The position numbers and the translations under genes were made by a program. The notes under the pieces were generated by a model. It had not been told where the DNA came from, did not search any database, and saw only the letters and a program-made list of their open reading frames with translations. This document shows, one piece after another, positions 19,019 through 26,794 of a DNA stretch of 62,943 nucleotides (position 1 is its first letter; every line of letters starts with the position of its first letter). This DNA comes from an uncultured bacterium (GTDB lineage: Bacteria > Patescibacteriota > Minisyncoccia > UBA6257 > GWB1-50-10): contig CAINEW010000024.1 of NCBI GenBank assembly GCA_903847915.1, positions 1 through 62,943 of the forward strand, given 5' to 3'.

Positions 19019-19353
19019 GGGAGCGCCGGGCTTTGACAAAGAATGTTTTTTCACAATTGCACGTCGAGTTGATGCACTCGTAAATCTCATCAAACACTTA
19101 TCTGCAAACAAAACATTTGCAGCACCCGCGTTTGCCTTTGCGTAAATGCGCGGTGTTCCCCTGCCCTCGGGCGGGGGCATCGGCCCTTAATATCTCGTAG
19201 AGGATCACCGGTGTAATAACGGGACGCGCTCCTGCGGAGCAGATTCGTACGCAAGAGTTTAATAAGAATCAATTTTGCTCTCTTCGGAGAACTAAACGTG
19301 TAGAATGTTGCGACTAACTTTTTTGTACGAGGGTTCAACTCCCTCCGCTTCCA
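19019..19353 (+). ncRNA. ssrA: tmRNA (SsrA); predicted tag ANKTFAAPAFAFA
   Basis: The 5' GGGAGCG pairs with the 3' CGCTTCC, including the G3:U alanine identity pair, followed by discriminator A. The T-arm is gaggg-ttcaact-ccctc. The tag ORF gca aac aaa aca ttt gca gca ccc gcg ttt gcc ttt gcg taa runs 19104..19145. CCA is not encoded. Confidence 0.88.
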
Positions 19354-19427
19354 CTGCTTCGCTAAAGCTTCGCAGTGCGTAGCACTAGATTTATCACAAT
19401 CTAGAATACGCGCCACAAACTAAAACC

Positions 19428-19456
19428 AAAAAGTCTTTGCATTGCAGAGACTTTTT
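19428..19456. terminator. hairpin terminator after tmRNA
   Basis: aaaaagtct...agacttttt forms a stem of 9 bp or more (extendable with one G.U pair), with A-runs and T-runs on both sides. Confidence 0.55.
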
Positions 19457-19516
19457 GCTTTAGCGAAGCAGTGGTTCTGCATAGCTTTATGCGTAGCAGA
19501 ACTATATAATCTAAAT

Positions 19517-19753
19517 ATGTATTATGTTTATATCCTAAAAAACAAAGATAATACAAAGCTTTATGTGGGCTTTAGTGAGAATCTTAAAGAACGGATCAAA
19601 GACCACACAGGAAAGAGTGTTAAAACAACAAAAGACGGTGAGTATAAATTAGTGTGGTACTGCGCATTCGAAACAAAAAATAAAGCTCTTGAATTTGAAA
19701 GATATTTAAAACACGGCTCCGGCTTTGCTTTCTCACACAAAAGACTGGTTTGA
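19517..19753 (+). CDS. small GIY-YIG nuclease-superfamily protein
   Basis: MYYVYILKNKDNTKLYVGFSENLKERIKDH... carries GIY-YIG motif variants (YVY...YVG), the conserved R, and E in ALEFERYLK. The ATG at 19517 is preferred over the listed TTG start at 19442. Confidence 0.8.
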   Translation: MYYVYILKNKDNTKLYVGFSENLKERIKDHTGKSVKTTKDGEYKLVWYCAFETKNKALEFERYLKHGSGFAFSHKRLV

Positions 19754-19910
19754 AATTTCGCTAATTTTATTTACAACAAAAACAAAATGGAGAGGGAGTT
19801 GAACAAGAAACGGCCTGCCTGCCGTCAGGCAGGGGTCGGGGAAAGTTAAATAATCAATAGAAATATCCGATTTTGGGATTATTCAATAATAGGATATATC
19901 ATAAATACAT

Positions 19911-20132
19911 ATGAATAAATCTATTTATTCTAAAGATTATAAAAAAGTTATAGAACAACTAAAAACAACACGCATTGAAATTGGATTCACTCAACAAGAA
20001 GTTGCAAATAAACTTAAAAGACCTCAATCTTTTGTCTCAAAAATAGAATCTGGAGAAAGGCGGCTTGATGTGGCAGAAATTAAAGAATTTTCTGCAATTT
20101 ATAAGAAACCAATCGATTATTTTTTGAAATAA
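19911..20132 (+). CDS. XRE-family HTH protein, C (controller)-protein-like
   Basis: 73 aa with GFTQQEVANKLKRPQSFVSKIESGERRL. It ends 2 nt before the next ORF, the usual layout for a controller protein upstream of an R-M endonuclease gene. Confidence 0.75.
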   Translation: MNKSIYSKDYKKVIEQLKTTRIEIGFTQQEVANKLKRPQSFVSKIESGERRLDVAEIKEFSAIYKKPIDYFLK

Positions 20133-20134
20133 AT

Positions 20135-21130
20135 ATGACTTCACAAGCAGAAAAAATGTTAGTTGATGAAAATGGCATTATTGATTACGAAAAAATAATC
20201 AAAAAATACTCGTGGTTAATAGAAAAAGATCAGGACTGCATTCTAAGCCCCGACAGTGATGGACTGCTTTGTGGATTATTGATGTCGCATTATCTAAACT
20301 GGAAAGTTCGCGGTTTCTACGATGGGAAAATTCTTCTATTAGAAAAAGGATTCCATGTACACAACTGCGTCTTTCTTGATATGGAAATCTTTAGAAAAGA
20401 AGTAAAAAGTGTTGGGCAACATATGGTTTTATTTAATAAAAACCATCCCCCATCGAATTGGAAAAAATTTGATAATTGCCTTTCTGCAAACAACCTACGA
20501 GGATATGACGGCAAACATAATTTTCCTCAAAAATATCCGTTAGGCACAATCCATCTTTTGCTTGGTATTCTAGGATCGATAGAAAAAATAGAAGTTCCTG
20601 AAACCGCTATTTGCCCTCTGTTATATACCGATGGAACATTCAAAAATCTATTCAGCTACCCCGAGAACTGTCTAAATTGGTTAAAATTTTTGAAAGCGGA
20701 TAATGAAAAAGGTCCGTTACATGCAATATTTTTTAATAATCACTATTCTACTTCAAGTTTAATGATCGCACTGAACAATCTATTTAATGACTTAAGGTTG
20801 ATTACTGGAGGGAAACGAGGTGGAGATAAAATTAAGATTTCAAATGGAAAGGGTGAATTACTTAATTTCAACGAAGAAACAAATTCTTTTGAGCAGGAGG
20901 TGGTTGAGCAAATTGAAAAATTTTTGAAATTACTAATGATCAACACAGAATGGAATTATAATTCTGATCACTGGTCTTGGAATAATCTGTCTTGCTTTAA
21001 ATTTGAAAAAGGGTCAATAACGCCAAGCCAGGGTCGCTACGATCAGTTAATGAAAAATAATCCTCTTTCGCTTGCCATGACAGGTGGACTTAGTATTGAA
21101 TATACTCTCGATAAAAACAATATTATCTAA
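20135..21130 (+). CDS. hypothetical protein; candidate restriction endonuclease by position only
   Basis: 331 aa and AT-rich. It is coupled to the HTH gene and convergent with the methyltransferase, overlapping its 3' end by 4 nt. No PD-(D/E)xK, HNH or GIY motif was recognised. The N-terminus has ILSPDSDGLLCG, which recalls DHH motif I. Confidence 0.35.
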   Translation: MTSQAEKMLVDENGIIDYEKIIKKYSWLIEKDQDCILSPDSDGLLCGLLMSHYLNWKVRGFYDGKILLLEKGFHVHNCVFLDMEIFRKEVKSVGQHMVLFNKNHPPSNWKKFDNCLSANNLRGYDGKHNFPQKYPLGTIHLLLGILGSIEKIEVPETAICPLLYTDGTFKNLFSYPENCLNWLKFLKADNEKGPLHAIFFNNHYSTSSLMIALNNLFNDLRLITGGKRGGDKIKISNGKGELLNFNEETNSFEQEVVEQIEKFLKLLMINTEWNYNSDHWSWNNLSCFKFEKGSITPSQGRYDQLMKNNPLSLAMTGGLSIEYTLDKNNII

Positions 21131-22227
21131 AATAATTCGCTTTGCTTATCCGACACGCTTTCTATCTCTATGCGTTTCTTTGCAATCTTACAATACTCTG
21201 ATGCTATATCAATTCCGATATAGTTATGGCCAAGGTTTTTTGCAGCAACAGCCGTAGTACCACTTCCAATAAACGGGTCAAGAACAACACCACCAGAAGG
21301 ACAAAAGCATTGGATAAAATCGTAAGGTAGTTTGTTGGGAAATGTGGCTGGGTGCTCATGTTTCAATCTACTTCCATCCCCCGCTGTAAGATACTCCCAA
21401 ATTGTTCCCCGACATTTCATTGGATTTATTTTAATTGAACGAGTAGCTATCCGAACACCATTAGTAAGACGGGTTCCACCCCCAGTCATCGTTTTACCAC
21501 CATGTTTTGAGGGAATTTTTAGATGTTCTTTATTGAAATATTGAGGTCGCCCTCCTTTTAAAAAAATGGGGACGTATTCATGATCTACACGAAAACGCTT
21601 ATTCCACCACGCTCCTTCTGCTCCATATTTTCGGTACACCACAGTTTCAAAAAGCTTAAAACTAAAACTATCACACCAGTCAATAATTGTTTTAAAAGAT
21701 GTCAAAGATTTCCCAAAATTTTTTGTTTGATCTTGAATCACCATAGCAACCACTCCACCATCTTTCAAAACACGATATATTTCCCCGCCAACCGAATGTA
21801 AATCAAGAGAAAATCCTTTATAATCACGAACAGAATCATATGGCGGAGAGGTAACTACAATGTCCACAGAGTTAGATGGAAAATTTTTCATCACCTCCAC
21901 CGCATCTCCACAAATAATCTGATTGAGAGGAAGTGTTCCTGTTTTTTTCTGAATAGAACTGTGGATCTCCTTTGTTTTAAAATTTTTTCGTAAATACCAA
22001 AGACAATAAGTATTCACGGGCAATCCCTCCTTTTCTGCGCGTTGCTCTAATTCAAGATAAGAATCCGTCCCAAGAAGATTGCGCAACTCATTACTTTCAA
22101 GGCCCTCAACTCTTTTATATAAGTCCTTATTTTTTTCACCAAATGCCAAAACAACATTTCCCGCTTTCTGATTTGCCTCTTTATAGTCAGGAAAATAAAC
22201 TGCCTTAAAAATCTGATTAGTTGCCAT
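21127..22227 (-). CDS. DNA methyltransferase, beta-class N4-C/N6-A (motif IV SPPY before motif I)
   Basis: 366 aa with VVTSPPYDS (motif IV) and DPFIGSGTTAVAA (motif I, AdoMet binding) near the C-terminus. This motif order defines beta-class amino-methyltransferases. Confidence 0.88.
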   Translation of the reverse strand: MATNQIFKAVYFPDYKEANQKAGNVVLAFGEKNKDLYKRVEGLESNELRNLLGTDSYLELEQRAEKEGLPVNTYCLWYLRKNFKTKEIHSSIQKKTGTLPLNQIICGDAVEVMKNFPSNSVDIVVTSPPYDSVRDYKGFSLDLHSVGGEIYRVLKDGGVVAMVIQDQTKNFGKSLTSFKTIIDWCDSFSFKLFETVVYRKYGAEGAWWNKRFRVDHEYVPIFLKGGRPQYFNKEHLKIPSKHGGKTMTGGGTRLTNGVRIATRSIKINPMKCRGTIWEYLTAGDGSRLKHEHPATFPNKLPYDFIQCFCPSGGVVLDPFIGSGTTAVAAKNLGHNYIGIDIASEYCKIAKKRIEIESVSDKQSELF

Positions 22228-22291
22228 ATATATATCATACTATGATATATAAAAGAAACCAGCAATATTTATCCACAGAAACAGATACAAA

Positions 22292-23485
22292 TTATTCCAC
22301 AAATCCTCCCCTCACCTTCTCCCATTCCTTTTCTATTTCCTCTGGGCTCAAAAAATTTTCAAGGACTTTTCTAAAAAGATTCTCTTTGAGTTCAACACTC
22401 CATAACTTATCAGGTCCGCCCGGACTTTTTGTGTTCGTCCACTCATCATACGGCGCATAGATTTCTGAAAGCGGGATACTCACAAGCACAATGTCTTCTA
22501 CTTCATCCTCTTCTTCTAATCGCTCTTTTGCGCGTTCAATTTGATGTTTTTTCTGTAATAACTTTTGGGTACTGGTATTCGTCGTAAACTGCACCCCAAG
22601 CGTGTGCGTCTCATCTTTCCCGCTTCCCCCCTCACTCGCCTCAACTCCCACCCCTCTCACTCGCGTCTTTCGTTTTACAATAAAATCCACCTTCTGCTCC
22701 ACGTCTTGAAAAAGATCTGCGGGGATAACTTCAAACGACACCACACCCTGAAGCGAGAGTTTCAAGAAAAAGTTTTCCACCATCTTCTCGGCAATAAGCC
22801 CCGGATGTTCTCGCTCGGACTGTGCATCCTCTAATATGCGCGCATAGGTATCCCGCCTTCCCTTCTCTGTCCGCCTACTCCCTTCCTCGTCATACGCAAT
22901 CTGTCTATCAAGCAACGCACGTAATTTGAGACGCGCCTCCGAAAGCGCGTATTCTTTTTGTGTTATGCGGGGCACCGACGCATCACACGCGTACTCAATT
23001 CCCCACACTCCATCCGTTAAAAGCTCGCTCTCAAGAATAAGTTGTTTGTCTTCCTCACTTCCTAACCAATACTTTCCATTATCAAACGAAATGGGTATGC
23101 CCACTTTTTCTTTATTTATTTCTGGACTATCAATCGCGCGCAACGCTTCATGCAATTCATCCATCACGTGCTGTTTTTCTTTTTGGATATCGTAAATCTT
23201 TTTTTGAGCAGATTCGCGCGTCCCACGCTTTTTTGCCGCCTGTTCAATATGCCACCCAATGACATATTCAAGCTCCCGAACACGCTTTTGTGCAACAGTA
23301 CGCGCTTCATCACTTTCCGCATGAGAAACTGCCTCCCTACGAGCTTTTTCGTCTTCTGCCACATTTCGAAAATCATGAAGATTGCGCTCAAATGTCTCTC
23401 TCATACGCCTCAGTATACCCCACTCTTCCCTTTTTTTACATTCCGTGCTACCCTTATCCGTATTCAGTACCGAGTCAATAATCAA
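22292..23485 (-). CDS. hypothetical protein (charged coiled-coil N-half)
   Basis: 397-aa ORF. No family recognised. The listed start is a TTG at 23485. The first ATG is at 23404. Confidence 0.55.
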   Translation of the reverse strand: MIIDSVLNTDKGSTECKKREEWGILRRMRETFERNLHDFRNVAEDEKARREAVSHAESDEARTVAQKRVRELEYVIGWHIEQAAKKRGTRESAQKKIYDIQKEKQHVMDELHEALRAIDSPEINKEKVGIPISFDNGKYWLGSEEDKQLILESELLTDGVWGIEYACDASVPRITQKEYALSEARLKLRALLDRQIAYDEEGSRRTEKGRRDTYARILEDAQSEREHPGLIAEKMVENFFLKLSLQGVVSFEVIPADLFQDVEQKVDFIVKRKTRVRGVGVEASEGGSGKDETHTLGVQFTTNTSTQKLLQKKHQIERAKERLEEEDEVEDIVLVSIPLSEIYAPYDEWTNTKSPGGPDKLWSVELKENLFRKVLENFLSPEEIEKEWEKVRGGFVE

Positions 23486-23962
23486 ATAACTGCGCGGGAG
23501 TTACGCGTCATCGGAGAAGACGGAACCAATTTCGGAGTTCTTTCGCTCACCGAGGCACTCGCACTCGCAAAACAAAAGGGATCAGACCTCATTGAGATCT
23601 CGGCAAATGCCAATCCCCCTGTCGCACGGGTTATGGATTTTGACAAGTTCCGTTACCAAAAAGAAAAGGAGGCGCGCAAACAGCGCATGGCGGAAAAAGC
23701 GAAGGAAATGAAAGAGATTCGTATCACGCCCCGTGCCGCCAAAAACGATTTAGAGGTAAAAGCGCGGAAGGCAAGCGGATTCCTGAATGAGGGACACAAG
23801 GTGCAAATTAATGTGTTCTTGCGAGGACGGGAAAAGGGCAATAAAGAGTGGGCGTTTCAGAAACTTAATGAGTTTTTGCCCCTTATCACTGTCCCTTTCA
23901 CCAAAAGCGTAGAACCAAAAGTAGCAGGACGAGGATTAGTAATGCAAATAAGCAAAAAATAA
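23462..23962 (+). CDS. infC: translation initiation factor IF-3
   Basis: ...QITARELRVIGEDGTNFGVLSLTEALALAKQKGSDLIEISANANPPVARVMDFDKFRYQ... matches IF-3. There is no in-frame ATG/GTG near the conserved N-terminus. The proposed start is in-frame ATT at 23462, or ATA at 23486. Confidence 0.85.
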   Translation: MQYRVNNQITARELRVIGEDGTNFGVLSLTEALALAKQKGSDLIEISANANPPVARVMDFDKFRYQKEKEARKQRMAEKAKEMKEIRITPRAAKNDLEVKARKASGFLNEGHKVQINVFLRGREKGNKEWAFQKLNEFLPLITVPFTKSVEPKVAGRGLVMQISKK

Positions 23963-23977
23963 TTATTAATTAAACGC

Positions 23978-24154
23978 ATGGCAACAAAAAGTATTGTAAA
24001 AAGAGTGCGCATTACAAAAAACAAAAAAATCTTGCGCCGTGCGCTCACGCTTGGTCATTCCCGCGGCAATAAAAATACCACCCAAATGAAACGCAAAAAG
24101 CAATTCCGAGGAGTCGCGGATATGCATCATAAAACCATAGAAAAATATTTTTAA
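23978..24154 (+). CDS. rpmI: 50S ribosomal protein L35
   Basis: 58-aa ORF, below the ORF-track cutoff: MATKSIVKRVRITKNKKILRRALTLGHSRGNKNTTQMKRKKQ... It sits in the conserved infC-rpmI-rplT order. Confidence 0.85.
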   Translation: MATKSIVKRVRITKNKKILRRALTLGHSRGNKNTTQMKRKKQFRGVADMHHKTIEKYF

Positions 24155-24157
24155 ATC

Positions 24158-24502
24158 ATGACACGCGTAAAACGAGGAACAAACGCCAATAAGAAACGTG
24201 AGAAACTCCTTAAACTCACCAAAGGATATAAATGGGGACGAAAATCAAAAGAACGCCTTGCAAGCGAAGCAGTGCTTCACGCATGGAGCCGGATGTTCAA
24301 AGGACGCAAAGAAAAGAAACGCGTCTATCGCTCCCTCTGGCAAACTCAAATCAATGCCGCAGCACGTTTGCACGGAATGAGATACAGCACGTTTATTAGT
24401 GCCTTAAAGAAAAAAGAAATTCTCCTTGATCGTAAAATCCTTGCAACCCTCGCAAAAGAACAGCCCGAAGTATTCAAAAAAATAGTAGAAACGGTAAAGT
24501 AA
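24158..24502 (+). CDS. rplT: 50S ribosomal protein L20
   Basis: 114 aa: MTRVKRGTNANKKREKLLKLTKGY.G.... Confidence 0.95.
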   Translation: MTRVKRGTNANKKREKLLKLTKGYKWGRKSKERLASEAVLHAWSRMFKGRKEKKRVYRSLWQTQINAAARLHGMRYSTFISALKKKEILLDRKILATLAKEQPEVFKKIVETVK

Positions 24503-24507
24503 AAAAT

Positions 24508-24533
24508 AAAATCCTCGTAACAACGAGGTTTTA
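24508..24533. terminator. bidirectional terminator hairpin
   Basis: aaaatcctcgt-aaca-acgaggtttt with a flanking T-run. It sits between rplT (+) and the NUDIX gene (-). Confidence 0.6.
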
Positions 24534-25082
24534 TTTTTGCAAAGTTTTCTCTTGAGGAAATCGTGGAGGGGTTGGTGGACGAGGACGTGGAGCAGATCGC
24601 TTCTTTCCACTCACAAGCTCATACGCATTTTTAAGATTGTTGCGCAAACTCTCGTGCATCAACATGCGCAGAGCATCGCGATAGAGAAACCATCCGTAGC
24701 CCTCATGCACCTCCCCATCGGGTTTTTTAAATCGATTTAAAACCACACGCGACGTATTTGTTTCTCCAAGAAAATAGGTCACTTTTTTTAAAATCTTCCG
24801 TGCATTACGGGCATAAGTAAACCGATCTTGCACCTTAAACCAATCTCCAAATCGCAATTCCGACGAACGAAGCCCCGTTTCCTCATAGACCTCTCTTAAG
24901 GCGGTACGAAAATTCCCCTCCCCCTCATCTTTCTTCCCCTTAGGAAAACTCCAATATCTCCCTCCTGAATAGAGGAGTAAAAAACGAGGCCCTTCGGGAG
25001 TACGACGATAGATAATGACCCCCGCGGAGGTCTCCCTTAACGGTTCCGCTTCAGGATTGCGAGCATCTTTTTGAGTTCCCAT
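24531..25082 (-). CDS. NUDIX hydrolase
   Basis: 183 aa with the Nudix box GKKDEGEGNFRTALREVYEETG. Confidence 0.85.
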   Translation of the reverse strand: MGTQKDARNPEAEPLRETSAGVIIYRRTPEGPRFLLLYSGGRYWSFPKGKKDEGEGNFRTALREVYEETGLRSSELRFGDWFKVQDRFTYARNARKILKKVTYFLGETNTSRVVLNRFKKPDGEVHEGYGWFLYRDALRMLMHESLRNNLKNAYELVSGKKRSAPRPRPPTPPRFPQEKTLQK

Positions 25083-26794
25083 GTGTTTATAATATCACGT
25101 TTTGTCGCCCATCCGCGACGTGCCTGCCCCACCCCATAACGGAGTACCTGGAAGTGGTCAGGGCTATGTGCATCAGAGTCAATCGCTAATTTTACTCCCG
25201 CTTCAATACACATCCGCACGTGTTCATCGCGCAAATCAAGTCGATCAAACGCATCTATTTCCAAAAGTGTCCCCGTTTCTTTTGCTGTCTCAATAATCTT
25301 TTTAATATCCACTGCATAACCCTCACGCTTTCCCACAATACGTCCTGTGGGATGAAATAGTATATCGACAAAAGGATTTTTTATTGCGCGAATAATACGC
25401 GCTGTTTGTGCTTCTTCTGGTAAATTAAAATAAGAATGTACAGACACTCCCACTATATCAAAACCCTTTAAGAGCTCATCGTCCAAATCAAGCGATCCAT
25501 CTTTCAAAATATCACACTCCGCTCCTTTTAATACGGTAAATTTTTTGTGCGCGTGTTTGAAACGTGCATTCACTTCGTCAATTTCTTTCCATTGTTGTTT
25601 GAATCGCGTTGCATCAAGTCCGTGCGTAATCGTAAGCGATTTTGTGTGATCGGTAATCGCAATGTATTCATATCCCAAGGCATACGCAGCATTCGCCATT
25701 TCTTCCACCGACACCGATCCATCCGACCAAGTGGTATGCATCTGCAGATCACCACGCATATCATGATAATCCACCAAATCAGGAAGTGTTCCCAAAAGCG
25801 CTTTTTCAATTCCCTCCTTCCCTTCACGAAGTTCCGGAGGAATATAATTCATCCCCAATGCATTATAGAGATCCTCTTCAGTTTTTCCTGCTACTTGTTT
25901 TTTACCTTTCCAAAGCCCATACTCATTCAAAAGTAATTTTTTCTTAATCGCGAGTGAGCGCAATGCCACATTATGTTCTTTTGAACCGGTAAAATAATTG
26001 AGTGCCGCGCCGTAGGATTCTTGAGGCACCACACGCAAGTCCACATTCATTCCATTAGTAATCTTAATTGACGATTTTGTCTCACCTTGTCCTATCACTT
26101 CAATCACCTCCGGCATATGTGTAAAATAATCCATAACTACGGACGATTTTTTTGACGCCACAAGGATATCACCGTCGCCAACCGTTTCTTTCATTCTTCG
26201 CGCCGATCCCGCAATAATTACTTTGTCCACTTCTTTAAGTGATTTAAGATTTTTTTGAATCTGTTCCAAAAGAGGTAGTACATTCCCAATCGGAAATCGT
26301 CCTCCACTTGTTTTTAAAAATCGGAGAGAGTTTAAAATATTTTCTTCACGCTTTGGTCCAAACCCCGGAAGTACGCGAATTTTTCCTTCTTGTGCGGCTG
26401 TCTCAAGCGTCGCCACATCTTTTATCTTGAGTGCCTGATAGAGTTTCATAACACTTTTCGGCCCTAACCCCTCCACACGCGAGAGTGTGCGAACATCCAC
26501 AGGAATTTTTTTCTGAAATTCTTCATATACTTTCAAGTGCCCCGTCGTACACAACTCCTCAATATGATCCGCAAGCGCCTTCCCCACCGAAGGTAATGCA
26601 CGAAGTGCCTCAATCCCTCCTTCTACATACACATTTGCCACAGGCAACGAAGAAGATACTAACGATTCTGCCGCTAATTCATACGCCCGTGGTTTGAACG
26701 CCACGCCCTCCATATCAAGATAAAATGCCATCTCGCGAAAAATGCGCGCAATATCTTGATTAGTAAACGTAGGAATTATGCGATCGTGCGCCAT
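25037..26794 (-). CDS. polX: family X DNA polymerase with C-terminal PHP domain (PolX)
   Basis: 585 aa with N-terminal HhH/8-kDa and Pol-beta-like palm regions (GSARRMKETVGDGDILV) and a PHP domain (MHTTWSDG...ITDH...DAH). Confidence 0.88.
   Translation of the reverse strand: MAHDRIIPTFTNQDIARIFREMAFYLDMEGVAFKPRAYELAAESLVSSSLPVANVYVEGGIEALRALPSVGKALADHIEELCTTGHLKVYEEFQKKIPVDVRTLSRVEGLGPKSVMKLYQALKIKDVATLETAAQEGKIRVLPGFGPKREENILNSLRFLKTSGGRFPIGNVLPLLEQIQKNLKSLKEVDKVIIAGSARRMKETVGDGDILVASKKSSVVMDYFTHMPEVIEVIGQGETKSSIKITNGMNVDLRVVPQESYGAALNYFTGSKEHNVALRSLAIKKKLLLNEYGLWKGKKQVAGKTEEDLYNALGMNYIPPELREGKEGIEKALLGTLPDLVDYHDMRGDLQMHTTWSDGSVSVEEMANAAYALGYEYIAITDHTKSLTITHGLDATRFKQQWKEIDEVNARFKHAHKKFTVLKGAECDILKDGSLDLDDELLKGFDIVGVSVHSYFNLPEEAQTARIIRAIKNPFVDILFHPTGRIVGKREGYAVDIKKIIETAKETGTLLEIDAFDRLDLRDEHVRMCIEAGVKLAIDSDAHSPDHFQVLRYGVGQARRGWATKRDIINTWELKKMLAILKRNR

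Noticed and set aside
19090-19416. 108-aa minus-strand ORF between smpB and the GIY-YIG gene.
   Set aside because: It is fully covered by the tmRNA gene on the plus strand, which has acceptor pairing with G3:U, a T-arm and a tag ORF ending in AFAFA-stop.
22269-22277. Perfect DnaA box TTATCCACA between the methyltransferase and the 397-aa gene.
   Set aside because: It is a single isolated 9-mer far from dnaA with no accompanying boxes, so it is most likely chance.
23150-23461. N-terminal 104-aa extension of the infC ORF (listed as 23150..23962).
   Set aside because: The extension is antisense to the 397-aa gene, is Phe/Cys/Leu-rich and bears no resemblance to IF-3, whose homology begins near 23462.
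22292-23485. A PD-(D/E)xK nuclease motif in the 397-aa protein (ADLFQDVEQKVDF), which would make it the restriction endonuclease.
   Set aside because: The Asp and the ExK are only 2-5 residues apart, far shorter than in real PD-(D/E)xK cores, so the evidence is insufficient.
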